A stretch of DNA of 64,000 nt from Escherichia phage UoN_LG358_1: sequence record OK570374. One strand, given 5' to 3'. Positions 50,031-59,168 of this stretch are shown one piece after another. The notes beneath the pieces were generated by a model, which saw nothing but the letters and a program-made list of their open reading frames with translations, ran no database searches and was not told the DNA's origin. The translations under genes were made by a program, and so were the position numbers. The first letter of the stretch is position 1. The number at the start of each line of letters is the position of its first letter.

Positions 50031-50356
50031 TATTTGTTTGAACCCTTTTTAGAGGCTAAAACCATGGTACGAAGCATTCTAAGGCCTTTATCAACAGCTT
50101 CAGCAATTTCGCCCGCCACGTTCTCATTGAATAGACCGAGAGTTCCTGATTTGATATCTTCCATTAAAATGTAGTTTATGTCATTTTCAGTTAAAGAAAT
50201 TTCTGGACCATTTCCACACGAAAAATTAATCTTACAAAATACATTCTGTCCACGTTGTTCTTGGTAGCGAATATTAATGTGTGTCACACCAGGAACATGG
50301 TCAAACTGACAACGAACATTAACTTCAGGAGCAGCAGAACACCAGATATCAGCCAT
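50030..50356 (-). CDS. hypothetical protein
   Basis: 108-aa ORF; 1-nt overlap. Confidence 0.4.
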   Translation of the reverse strand: MADIWCSAAPEVNVRCQFDHVPGVTHINIRYQEQRGQNVFCKINFSCGNGPEISLTENDINYILMEDIKSGTLGLFNENVAGEIAEAVDKGLRMLRTMVLASKKGSNK

Positions 50357-50631
50357 TATAATTCTTCCTTAGCTTCTTTAAATGATTTTTTGAAATCTTC
50401 AACATATTCGATAGGAATCCAGAACCCAGAACCATAACCGTCTTCATAGCATGGGCACATATCGCAAAACTGTTGCCAATGAACAGTTTTACCTTCTACG
50501 GTGAAGGGAGCTTCCATTTCGCACAAAGACTCTTCAATAAGTTCAATCATCGCTGGATTTTTATCATAGATGCAGAAATTCCAAACACCTTTAACTGTGG
50601 AATCTTTAATGCTTTCACGCTGTAATTTCAT
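50356..50631 (-). CDS. hypothetical acidic Cys-rich protein
   Basis: 91 aa; early promoter 50662..50691; GAGGA RBS. Confidence 0.45.
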   Translation of the reverse strand: MKLQRESIKDSTVKGVWNFCIYDKNPAMIELIEESLCEMEAPFTVEGKTVHWQQFCDMCPCYEDGYGSGFWIPIEYVEDFKKSFKEAKEEL

Positions 50632-50661
50632 TTTATTATCCTCATTTGTTTTGATAGGGTT

Positions 50662-50691
50662 ATAGTATCATAACCATAACCCGTTGTAAAC
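50662..50691 (-). promoter_or_regulatory. early-type promoter (GTTTACA-N17-TACTAT)
   Basis: Minus strand; within 45-bp repeat 50646..50691. Confidence 0.5.
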
Positions 50692-50693
50692 GG

Positions 50694-51074
50694 TCATTTG
50701 AAAATTTTTTGTAAAAGTTCAATGATTTCGTCTACGTTTTGTTTTGTAACAACACAATGAATTTTAGTTACACCGTCAGTATCTTTACATTCGTCGTCAA
50801 GAACTGGTTCTTCATATTCGCGAAAGCAATAGAACTCATTATCGTAAAGTTCAAAATAACAATCACCTAGACCATCGTCGCAAAAGCACTCACCATTAGC
50901 GCAGACAATTTCAGTTACAAAATATTGGTTGTCAAATAATTCTATAGATTTTACTTCAAACCAACCGCCATTTTCGTGGATAATATCTACCATCTCAGTA
51001 TTATTCAAAGGGCTTAAGCCAATAAAATCATTAATAAGCTCTGGGACTAGTTCGTATTTTTTGCCTATTTTCAT
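50694..51074 (-). CDS. hypothetical acidic Cys-rich protein
   Basis: 126-aa ORF, D/E- and C-rich. Confidence 0.45.
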   Translation of the reverse strand: MKIGKKYELVPELINDFIGLSPLNNTEMVDIIHENGGWFEVKSIELFDNQYFVTEIVCANGECFCDDGLGDCYFELYDNEFYCFREYEEPVLDDECKDTDGVTKIHCVVTKQNVDEIIELLQKIFK

Positions 51075-51088
51075 TTTGATTTCCTCAA

Positions 51089-51316
51089 TTATTCTTTAAT
51101 CAAACCCATGTAAAACATTTTATCTTCAGGTTCCATGCCATCGCAGTACTCAATTTCCATAAAACGATTAATAGCTTTTAAAGGACCATTAATGACAACG
51201 TTCATGTTCCATGATTTGGAATTCTGTGAATTAGCGATACGAAGTTCTGGGTATCGATTACGAATAACTTCTTCAATGTATTCAAAATCTACAACATCAA
51301 TATCAACACTAGCCAT
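51089..51316 (-). CDS. hypothetical acidic protein
   Basis: 75 aa; early promoter 51347..51376; GAGGAA RBS. Confidence 0.45.
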   Translation of the reverse strand: MASVDIDVVDFEYIEEVIRNRYPELRIANSQNSKSWNMNVVINGPLKAINRFMEIEYCDGMEPEDKMFYMGLIKE

Positions 51317-51346
51317 TTTATTTTCCTCGTTTGTTTTGATAGGGTT

Positions 51347-51376
51347 ATAGTATCATAACCATAACCCATTGTAAAC
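51347..51376 (-). promoter_or_regulatory. early-type promoter (GTTTACA-N17-TACTAT)
   Basis: Minus strand; within the second copy of the 45-bp repeat (51331..51376). Confidence 0.5.
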
Positions 51377-51378
51377 AA

Positions 51379-51636
51379 TTAATTGATATCACTCATATAC
51401 ATTTCGATATCTTCATATTCGCAAATTTCCAAATACTCACGGATATCTTCAACTTCACCAATGATTTCAACTAAAGGCCATCCGCCAGCGGGTCCACGTT
51501 CTGCTATAACGTTAAACTCCAATTTACCAGGAAGAATTTCCATGAACCGAGTGCAATCATCAAATTCTAAATCAATAATCATTCCGCCTTCGTCTTTGAT
51601 AATTTCACATACTAAGTCAAGTTCTAAACGTGCCAT
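51379..51636 (-). CDS. hypothetical acidic protein (MARLELD paralog A)
   Basis: Start at second ATG (AAGGAA RBS); MARLELDLV..GGWP; own early promoter. Confidence 0.45.
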   Translation of the reverse strand: MARLELDLVCEIIKDEGGMIIDLEFDDCTRFMEILPGKLEFNVIAERGPAGGWPLVEIIGEVEDIREYLEICEYEDIEMYMSDIN

Positions 51637-51667
51637 GATATTTTCCTTCATTTGTTTTGATAAGGTA

Positions 51668-51697
51668 ATAGTAACACAGTTTAAAGCGGATGTAAAC
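51668..51697 (-). promoter_or_regulatory. early-type promoter (GTTTACA-N17-TACTAT)
   Basis: Minus strand; upstream of MARLELD paralog A. Confidence 0.5.
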
Positions 51698-51795
51698 AGT
51701 TAATTGCAAATTTCTGCATCAACTTTACTCTTTCACAACTTAATTCATTGCCTAGAAAAATCATATACAATAGTCATTTGAACTCAATAACATCG

Positions 51796-51826
51796 TATGA
51801 GGTTATACCATAACTATAACCTCATA
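51796..51826. other. perfect 12-bp hairpin/palindrome
   Basis: TATGAGGTTATA-ccataac-TATAACCTCATA; no flanking U-run. Confidence 0.45.
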
Positions 51827-51840
51827 ATGTAGTATACGTA

Positions 51841-52101
51841 TTATTGTTCCATAAATTCATCTAGCAACCAATCAATGTCTTCCCATTGATTATCTTCAAG
51901 CCATTTGCGGATATTTTTTTCAGACCCGCGAAGATAAATCACTGGCCAGCCGCCGCCGGTGCCTTCTTCGATTATAAGGTCAAAATCAAGACCATGGTCA
52001 ACATCATAAAAACGGCTTCCATCCTCAAAAATTAAATCAGTTGCAATTCCACGCTCATTGCGGTGAACTTCAGCTACAATATCAAGTTCTAAACGTGCCA
52101 T
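51841..52101 (-). CDS. hypothetical acidic protein (MARLELD paralog B)
   Basis: Start at second ATG (GAGGAA RBS); MARLELDIV..GGWP; own early promoter. Confidence 0.45.
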   Translation of the reverse strand: MARLELDIVAEVHRNERGIATDLIFEDGSRFYDVDHGLDFDLIIEEGTGGGWPVIYLRGSEKNIRKWLEDNQWEDIDWLLDEFMEQ

Positions 52102-52132
52102 TTTCAATTTCCTCATTTGTTTTGATGAGATA

Positions 52133-52162
52133 ATAGTAACACAGTTTTTGGAGGATGTAAAC
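52133..52162 (-). promoter_or_regulatory. early-type promoter (GTTTACA-N17-TACTAT)
   Basis: Minus strand; upstream of MARLELD paralog B. Confidence 0.5.
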
Positions 52163-52184
52163 GGTTAGCTCCAGAAACAACAAA

Positions 52185-52204
52185 GGAGCCCGTAGGCTCC
52201 TTTT
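52185..52204 (-). terminator. hairpin downstream of gene 32
   Basis: GGAGCC-cgta-GGCTCC; U-rich flank is weak on the minus strand. Confidence 0.45.
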
Positions 52205-52208
52205 ATTA

Positions 52209-53114
52209 TTAAAGACCGTTCAAAATGTCGTCCAGGTCATCATCGTCAGATGAACTAACATCTGAAGTAGAATTGTTAGTTGTAGAACCAGATGAGAAAG
52301 CTTCCATATCTTTATCAAAAGCGTCCAGGTCATCAGCTACTTTATCAGCCTGTCGTTCAGCTTTTGCTGCGGCACCGCCCATAGCAGCAGTTCCCATAAC
52401 TTTCTCAAATTTCTTTTGGTTGTCGTCAAAAGATTTAAATTTATCTTTAGAGGTCATTTCAGTTAAATCAACCATCTGGTCATTGAGAGATTTCTGAACA
52501 GATTCATCGTCAATATTTGGGATTTCAGATTGGCCCAAGAATTTCGATTCGTCGTAGTTACTAAAGCCTGATACTTTCTTAACTTTCAGTACAAAGTTTG
52601 CGCCTTCATAAGGACAAGTTACATCAACTGGAGTTTCACCCATATCAGTATCAACTGCAATCATTGCGTTGATTTTGTCCCAAATTTTCTTACCAAAACG
52701 ATATTTGAAAACTTTACCTTCATTTTCTGGAGCAGCCGGGTCTTTAATAACCAGGATATTCGCCCAGTAAGAAGTTTTGCGTTTCAGTAGTTTATATTCT
52801 TCTTGGTTTGTGTTATAGCTGTCGTTTTTAGACAGATGCTGGCATACCGGGCAAGAATCGTAATCACCGTGTGTAGATGTGCAATTTTCAATATACCACT
52901 GATTATTTTTCTTAAAGCCATGATTAATCAAAATTGCAAACGGAGCAGCTTCTTCATTTTTGGAAGGCAGAAAACGAATCACCGCTTGGCCATTACCTGC
53001 ATTATCGAGCTTAAGTTTCCATTCACCTTTATCTGAATCTTGGAAACCACCTTTGTTACCAGACAGAGCGGCCAGTTGAGCTTGAAGTTGAGCGGGATTT
53101 TTGCGTTTAAACAT
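52209..53114 (-). CDS. 32: single-stranded DNA-binding protein
   Basis: 301 aa; zinc site [11 protein letters not shown]; translation matches remembered T4 gp32. Confidence 0.95.
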   Translation of the reverse strand: MFKRKNPAQLQAQLAALSGNKGGFQDSDKGEWKLKLDNAGNGQAVIRFLPSKNEEAAPFAILINHGFKKNNQWYIENCTSTHGDYDSCPVCQHLSKNDSYNTNQEEYKLLKRKTSYWANILVIKDPAAPENEGKVFKYRFGKKIWDKINAMIAVDTDMGETPVDVTCPYEGANFVLKVKKVSGFSNYDESKFLGQSEIPNIDDESVQKSLNDQMVDLTEMTSKDKFKSFDDNQKKFEKVMGTAAMGGAAAKAERQADKVADDLDAFDKDMEAFSSGSTTNNSTSDVSSSDDDDLDDILNGL

Positions 53115-53128
53115 GGGTATTTACCTTA

Positions 53129-53782
53129 TTAATATTTACAGTTTTTTACAGTTTTTATGAACAGTTGTTTTGCTTCTAATGCATCAACATCAAGAATTTT
53201 CTTGTATGCGTTGAGCTTAGTTGAATAATTTGACCAAACTAAATTATCTGTCGCCTGGTCATGATTATTTATAATATCCAAAAATGAATCAAGAATTATA
53301 AAAGTTTCGAAAGAAATAATACTACTTTGAAGTAGTTTAAACACATATGATGTGTTGATTTTGTTATTATATACAAATATTTCGTTTAGCGTTTTAACTT
53401 CAACTTTTTTGCTAAAGTAATAAATGTTTCTGACATCTTCTTCAAACGTGCTTTTAATCATTTTCAATTTGCCGATATATTCTCTATAGAATACCAAAGC
53501 ATCGGCGTCACTGATATCTCCAATCCAAGCATCTTGGTTAGCAACCAGATTGCTCACGAAGATTATTGCAAGCTCTTTAAGCTTATATTTTTCTGACAGT
53601 TTTTCAAAGAAATATTTATCGCGGCGCTTCTGATACGCCTTATCAGAAACCCGCATACGCCAGTTGTATTTTATTACATCATATCTGCCAGCGAAATGAT
53701 TTTTTAACATCAAATACAGCAAATAGACTGATTTTCCATTGATGTATCTATCACCATCAGGCGGCATGCGGATTTTAATCAT
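53129..53782 (-). CDS. 59: helicase loader
   Basis: 217 aa, same as T4 gp59; MIKIRMP..GKSVY.. matches. Confidence 0.85.
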   Translation of the reverse strand: MIKIRMPPDGDRYINGKSVYLLYLMLKNHFAGRYDVIKYNWRMRVSDKAYQKRRDKYFFEKLSEKYKLKELAIIFVSNLVANQDAWIGDISDADALVFYREYIGKLKMIKSTFEEDVRNIYYFSKKVEVKTLNEIFVYNNKINTSYVFKLLQSSIISFETFIILDSFLDIINNHDQATDNLVWSNYSTKLNAYKKILDVDALEAKQLFIKTVKNCKY

Positions 53783-54102
53783 AACAGAAATTCTAATGTA
53801 TTAGTTTTTTCACCACGAGAAACACTAGGCCTTAACATGTGTTCATCTATAGCTTCAGACCTAATTTTTTCAATAATACCAGATGGAACAAATTTAGAGT
53901 ACATTGTTTCTGGAATAGAATTTTCTTCCATCCACATAGTAGTGGCTTCTAAATATCCCAGTCCATTTTCTTCAACTAAAGTTTCAATAATAAATCCGTT
54001 TTGCTGCTTATCTAGCAGCTCATTTAGTTTATCATTTTTTTCTTTAGCGGATGAAATCGGAGTTGTTTCGTCATTTAGTGAAAATAGAGTCATAAATTTC
54101 AA
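53779..54102 (-). CDS. 33: late transcription co-activator
   Basis: 107 aa at the T4 gene 33 position. Confidence 0.7.
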   Translation of the reverse strand: MKFMTLFSLNDETTPISSAKEKNDKLNELLDKQQNGFIIETLVEENGLGYLEATTMWMEENSIPETMYSKFVPSGIIEKIRSEAIDEHMLRPSVSRGEKTNTLEFLL

Positions 54103-54358
54103 CTACCTTATCTTTTTCTTCTTCAAATTGTTCACGAGTGTCTTTATGATACATCGCCAGCAGTTGGTTAAAAGCTTTTGAATCAACACCGAGGTCGTCT
54201 TTGGCGGATGTTTTCAAATCAGCAATTAGTACTCGATAACCGGAAATTTTCAGAAGATGGTCAGAAGCTTCTTTAATTTTCTTACGGAGGTCTTCACCAT
54301 GAATAGCTTCATCAAATTCTACAGCAACTTTCTTTTCTTTGGCCATTTTAAAACTCAT
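54071..54358 (-). CDS. dsbA: dsDNA-binding protein
   Basis: 95 aa between 33 and rnh; assigned by position and size. Confidence 0.6.
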   Translation of the reverse strand: MSFKMAKEKKVAVEFDEAIHGEDLRKKIKEASDHLLKISGYRVLIADLKTSAKDDLGVDSKAFNQLLAMYHKDTREQFEEEKDKVVEIYDSIFTK

Positions 54359-55277
54359 TAATATGATTAGTTAATTTAGAAAGACCCGACTTCACAAAGT
54401 AAGAATAAATCTTACCGCGAGGAGGTGTTTTGTATAATTCATAATATTCTATAATCGGTTTAGCAATTTCTTCTGGAATATAACTAAAATCGATAAGAAC
54501 TCTATTTTCAAGATAACGATTATATTCGGCTTCTGTTAAAAGCGATTTCATTCCTTCTGGACCAGCATCTAAGCACTGCTCGAGAAGCTTAGTTGAAAAT
54601 GAAGGAGTTCGTTCACCATCAATTTTAGTGTACCAATAATCAGAACGCACTTTAACAGACGCGACGTTATCTTTGCGATCGCCTTTTAATACTTTAGTTA
54701 AACATTCAAGTTCAGCGTCCCCGGTTTTGCATACAACGAATTTCTTCTGCATCGGTGACCATTGTTTAACATTAGGATATCTGTGAAGCTGTTTAAAGTC
54801 GCCATCAGAAGAAACAATCATAATTTTGTGTCCCTTCAAAGAAAGATGAGGAACAAGAATACCGATATGGTCATCCGCTTCATATTTGTCAATATTCATA
54901 ATAGTGTAAGGCATATATTTTTGAAATTCATCGATAATTGTGCGAATTCCAGTAAAATATCCTTCCCAATCCCATAATGACTCTTCCCGGCCTTGTTTAC
55001 GGTTCTTTTTATAATAATACGCAATATCGCGTCGCCAATAACCAGACTTAGCGTTATCAGTACAAATTACAACTTTTTCATAACCTTGTTTGCGAAATTG
55101 TAAAACATTCTTTTTAAGAGTGCTTAGAACCAGATGCCGCATCATTGCGGGTTGAATTTTCTCTTTATCAGAGAATGTATTCAGCGCTGCAGCCAAAGCA
55201 ATTTGGGATAAATCCACTAACACAACACCTTCTTTCGTTTGGTCTTCTTCGCCAAACAGACAATCTAGATTTGACAT
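54348..55277 (-). CDS. rnh: RNase H / flap 5'-3' exonuclease
   Basis: 309 aa (T4 RNase H 305); position before gene 34. Confidence 0.85.
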   Translation of the reverse strand: MSNLDCLFGEEDQTKEGVVLVDLSQIALAAALNTFSDKEKIQPAMMRHLVLSTLKKNVLQFRKQGYEKVVICTDNAKSGYWRRDIAYYYKKNRKQGREESLWDWEGYFTGIRTIIDEFQKYMPYTIMNIDKYEADDHIGILVPHLSLKGHKIMIVSSDGDFKQLHRYPNVKQWSPMQKKFVVCKTGDAELECLTKVLKGDRKDNVASVKVRSDYWYTKIDGERTPSFSTKLLEQCLDAGPEGMKSLLTEAEYNRYLENRVLIDFSYIPEEIAKPIIEYYELYKTPPRGKIYSYFVKSGLSKLTNHINEF

Positions 55278-55310
55278 TGAATAATCTCATTCAGTAGTTA
55301 ACAGAACTAT

Positions 55311-55318
55311 TATAAATA
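55311..55318 (+). promoter_or_regulatory. late promoter box for gene 34
   Basis: TATAAATA about 30 nt upstream of the ATG at 55347. Confidence 0.7.
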
Positions 55319-55346
55319 CATTCTATAATAGCAAACAGGAGCAATC

Positions 55347-58300
55347 ATGGCCGAATTAAAACGTAAATTCAGAGCGCAAGAAGGTCTGGACGCTGCGGGT
55401 GAGAAAGTCATCAATGTTGCCAAGGCAGATCGGACGGTCATGTCTGACGGTGTTAACGTTGAATATCTCATCCAAGAAAACACATTACAACAATATGACA
55501 GCACTCGTGGTTATCCTGCGCAGTTTGCAGTCATTTATGATAACCGCATTTGGGTATCAAATCGTGAAATTCCTGAACCAGCTGGTGATTTCACCGAGCT
55601 TTACTGGAATTCCGTTCGTACTGATGCAAAATGGAAAACAGTATCGTCTGGAACCACAAATTTGAAATCAGGTGATTTTATTTCGGCTGACACTGCCGGA
55701 AGAACGGATATGAAATTTATTCTTCCAAGTAATCCGCAAGATGGTGATACAATTTTTATTAAAGATATCGGCGGTCAGCCAGGTTACGCTTCTCTTACCG
55801 TAGATGCTTCAGTTCAATCAATACTTTGGCTTGGAAAACAAGTTAGAACTGTACAGATGACGCATCCATATTCACAAATGGTTTTTGTTTTTAGCAATCG
55901 TTTGTGGCAGCTTTACATAAGTGATAATGAAAGAGTAGCAATTACTATTACTCCCGCATCTATTCATGAAGCACAAGCTAATGAATTCTTAGTTCGTCGC
56001 TATACTTCTGGCGCTCCGGTACGTGTTAAATTACCTAAGTATGCCAACAATGGTGACATGATTAATTTCACTGATTTAGATGCTATGAATCCGCAATTTC
56101 ATCTTTATGTTGATACTTATGATGAGAATACAAGCATTGGTTCAGTTGGAACTCACCAGTTAATTTCACGCACTTCAGGTGATGGATTTATAATATTCGA
56201 TGATTCTGAAAACTTGTGGCGCGTATGGGATGGTGATCTTCGTACTCGTCTTCGTATTATTCGTGAAGACACTATTGTTAGGCCTAATGACCATGTTATG
56301 GTATTTGGTGTAAATAACACTGAAGTAAAAACAGTGACTGTCACTTTACCACCAACTCCTGCAATTGGTGATACTGTAAAAATTTCTCTGAACTATATGA
56401 GAAAAGGTCAAACTGTTAATATAACTGCATCTGGCACAGATACAATTGCATCAAATGTTGCTTTACTTCAATTTCCTAAGCGTTCTGAATATCCGCCAGG
56501 AACAACTTGGGTACAAAACAAGACAATTTCATTTAATGGCGATACGTCTTATGTTCCAGTATTAGAACTATCTTACATTGAAGATAGTTCTTTAAAATAT
56601 TGGGTTATTGCTGAAAATAATCCTACAGTTGAACGAGTCGATTCAACAAGCGATTCAACCCGTAATCGTCTTGGTGTAATTGCTTTAGCTACTCAAGCTC
56701 AGGCAAACGTAGATTATGAAAATAATCCAGAAAAAGAAAGAGCTATAACTCCAGAAACTTTGGCTAATCGTATTTCTACTAAAATTCGCCGAGGTATTGC
56801 TCGTTTGGCTACTCAAGCTGAGCTTGAAGTTAAAACTGGTGGAACTCTACTTGATGACGTTATCGTTACTCCGAAAGTTTTGAATGACCGTATTGCTTTA
56901 GAAGACAGACAAGGACTTGCTGAATTAGCAACTCAGTCGGAAACTAATGATGGTGTAGACGATTCAAGAATTGTCACTCCTAAGAAACTTAATAATCGTA
57001 AAGCTTCTGAAATTTTAACTGGTATTATCGCTTTAGTAAAAACTGGTATAAGCACTTTAGCTGGTATAAATCGTGATACGAAAGGCACAAACGTATATGA
57101 CTATACTGATAATGAAAAAGCTGTAACTCCTGCTTCTTTGTTTGAAAATAAAGCTACATATACTTCGCAAGGCGGTTCTTATTTAGCTACAGAAACTGAA
57201 GTTATTCAAGGTACTCCTCATGACCCTAAAGTACCTACAGTTGTAACTCCGGTTGAATTACAAAAGAAAACTGCTACTGAAACTCGTATTGGTTTTACTG
57301 AAACTGCTACTCAAGTTGAAGTTGACGCAGGTACAGATGATTTCAGATATGTTACTCCTAAAAAATTAAATGGACGTAATGCTACTGAAACTTTAACTGG
57401 TATTTCACGAATTGCTACAGACTCTGAATTTTCAGCTGGCACATTAGATAATGTTATTTCAACTCCGTTGAAAATTAAAAATTACTTTTCTTCTGTTGCT
57501 CGTCATTCTGTTATTCCTGAATCTGGACTAGTTGAAACAGGGAACTTCTGGGACCATTATAACCTCGATATTCAAAAAGCATCTGAAACCCAACGAGGCA
57601 CACTCGCGTTGGCAACTCAGGTGTTGACTGATGCTGGTGTTGATGATACTACAGCTGTTACTCCTAAAAAGCTTCAAGCTAAAAAGACATCTGAAACTTC
57701 TGAGGGTATTATTCAAATAGCAACTCAGGCTGAGACTGTAGCTGGTATCGTTGGTAATAAAGCTGTTCCGCCAAAGCATTTGAAGTATGCTATACAGGTA
57801 CAAGCGGATTGGGAAGCAACACCTTTACGTAGAGGCCCAATTAAATTAACGGAAGGCGCATTAAGTTTTGTCGGTGATAAAGTATTTGGTTCGGGTGTTC
57901 AATTTAATGCTTTAACCGGTCTCTATGAAAACGATGATGCTAAATTAGCGTTAGGAAATTATTTCAAATCAGGTTATGCTGTATCTCCGTTTGAAATGAA
58001 CAAGACACTTCAAAACTTTTTGCCGATAAATGCAATTGCTGTTAATTCACACAAGTTAGATAATCTTGATTCAACCCAGTTCATTCGAAGAGATATCGAT
58101 CAGACAGTTGAAGGTTCTTTAACGTTAACCAAACAAACCAACACCAGTGCACCTCTAGTATCCTCTAGTACTGCGAAGTTTGTTAGTATGTTGGTTACCA
58201 CAGAAGCTACTATCGGTGACTCTACAAGTCACTCTGTGATTAATTTGGATGCGAAAACCAATAAATGGGTTATTGATGGCCAAGCTGATTCTTTATACTT

Positions 58301-59168
58301 GGATTTCACAGCAGGCGCTACTGATGTCCTTAAGCTGAAACGTGATGGTGATGTTAACGTAGCTCAAACACTTTATGCTGGAAATAAAGTAGATGCTTCT
58401 AAAGGCTTTAGCGTTGAAGGTGGTACAATGGTTATTAACCCTACCGCCACTAATATTCAAATTGGTTCTCAATCTAAAGCTACCAATATCCAAACAACGG
58501 ATGCTGGTAATTTACAAGTAACTGACCCGTCTGGCTCGTCTGTAGTTCTGACTACGAAAAACGCAATTACTATCGTCGGTAATAATTTCGTTAATAAAGC
58601 CGGAGACTCCATGTTTGGCCGATTGGATGTTTCTGCTGCTGTGAGCGCGGTTATTACTCAGGCTAAAGCTACTGGTCCTCTTACTAATGAAACGGTAGGT
58701 AGTTGGTCTTCTGAAATAATTGACCCGTTAATTTATAACACTTTGCCTGGATTTATGGTTCCGATTTATTCAGATGAAGACGGCGGGAAAGTTATAGTTG
58801 GATACGTTGATTATGACCCGGCAGATGCTTCTAAACGTGGTATAAGAGCTCCAGGTATACTGTCTCAGATTGGAACGAGTAAAAAGGAATTTACATATCA
58901 AATATGGAACCCTCGTCCAGCTACGGCTTATCCAGATGCTAAATCTTCTCTGTGGATTAGAACTTATGACCCAGTTAAAGGCGCATTTAACGAATGGGGA
59001 AGAGTTTATACTACGGAAGCACCAGTTACATCTGCTGAAATAGGAGCTGTTTCTACTGCTGGTTCTGCGTTTAATAACTTAACAATCAGAGATTGGTTAC
59101 AGATTGGTAATGTTCGTATTACTCCTAATCCTGCAACGCAATCTGTTGATTTTACTTGGGTGCCTTAA
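55347..59168 (+). CDS. 34: long tail fibre proximal subunit
   Basis: 1273 aa; late promoter; internal about 40-aa repeats (LATQ..VTPKKL). Confidence 0.9.
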   Translation: MAELKRKFRAQEGLDAAGEKVINVAKADRTVMSDGVNVEYLIQENTLQQYDSTRGYPAQFAVIYDNRIWVSNREIPEPAGDFTELYWNSVRTDAKWKTVSSGTTNLKSGDFISADTAGRTDMKFILPSNPQDGDTIFIKDIGGQPGYASLTVDASVQSILWLGKQVRTVQMTHPYSQMVFVFSNRLWQLYISDNERVAITITPASIHEAQANEFLVRRYTSGAPVRVKLPKYANNGDMINFTDLDAMNPQFHLYVDTYDENTSIGSVGTHQLISRTSGDGFIIFDDSENLWRVWDGDLRTRLRIIREDTIVRPNDHVMVFGVNNTEVKTVTVTLPPTPAIGDTVKISLNYMRKGQTVNITASGTDTIASNVALLQFPKRSEYPPGTTWVQNKTISFNGDTSYVPVLELSYIEDSSLKYWVIAENNPTVERVDSTSDSTRNRLGVIALATQAQANVDYENNPEKERAITPETLANRISTKIRRGIARLATQAELEVKTGGTLLDDVIVTPKVLNDRIALEDRQGLAELATQSETNDGVDDSRIVTPKKLNNRKASEILTGIIALVKTGISTLAGINRDTKGTNVYDYTDNEKAVTPASLFENKATYTSQGGSYLATETEVIQGTPHDPKVPTVVTPVELQKKTATETRIGFTETATQVEVDAGTDDFRYVTPKKLNGRNATETLTGISRIATDSEFSAGTLDNVISTPLKIKNYFSSVARHSVIPESGLVETGNFWDHYNLDIQKASETQRGTLALATQVLTDAGVDDTTAVTPKKLQAKKTSETSEGIIQIATQAETVAGIVGNKAVPPKHLKYAIQVQADWEATPLRRGPIKLTEGALSFVGDKVFGSGVQFNALTGLYENDDAKLALGNYFKSGYAVSPFEMNKTLQNFLPINAIAVNSHKLDNLDSTQFIRRDIDQTVEGSLTLTKQTNTSAPLVSSSTAKFVSMLVTTEATIGDSTSHSVINLDAKTNKWVIDGQADSLYLDFTAGATDVLKLKRDGDVNVAQTLYAGNKVDASKGFSVEGGTMVINPTATNIQIGSQSKATNIQTTDAGNLQVTDPSGSSVVLTTKNAITIVGNNFVNKAGDSMFGRLDVSAAVSAVITQAKATGPLTNETVGSWSSEIIDPLIYNTLPGFMVPIYSDEDGGKVIVGYVDYDPADASKRGIRAPGILSQIGTSKKEFTYQIWNPRPATAYPDAKSSLWIRTYDPVKGAFNEWGRVYTTEAPVTSAEIGAVSTAGSAFNNLTIRDWLQIGNVRITPNPATQSVDFTWVP

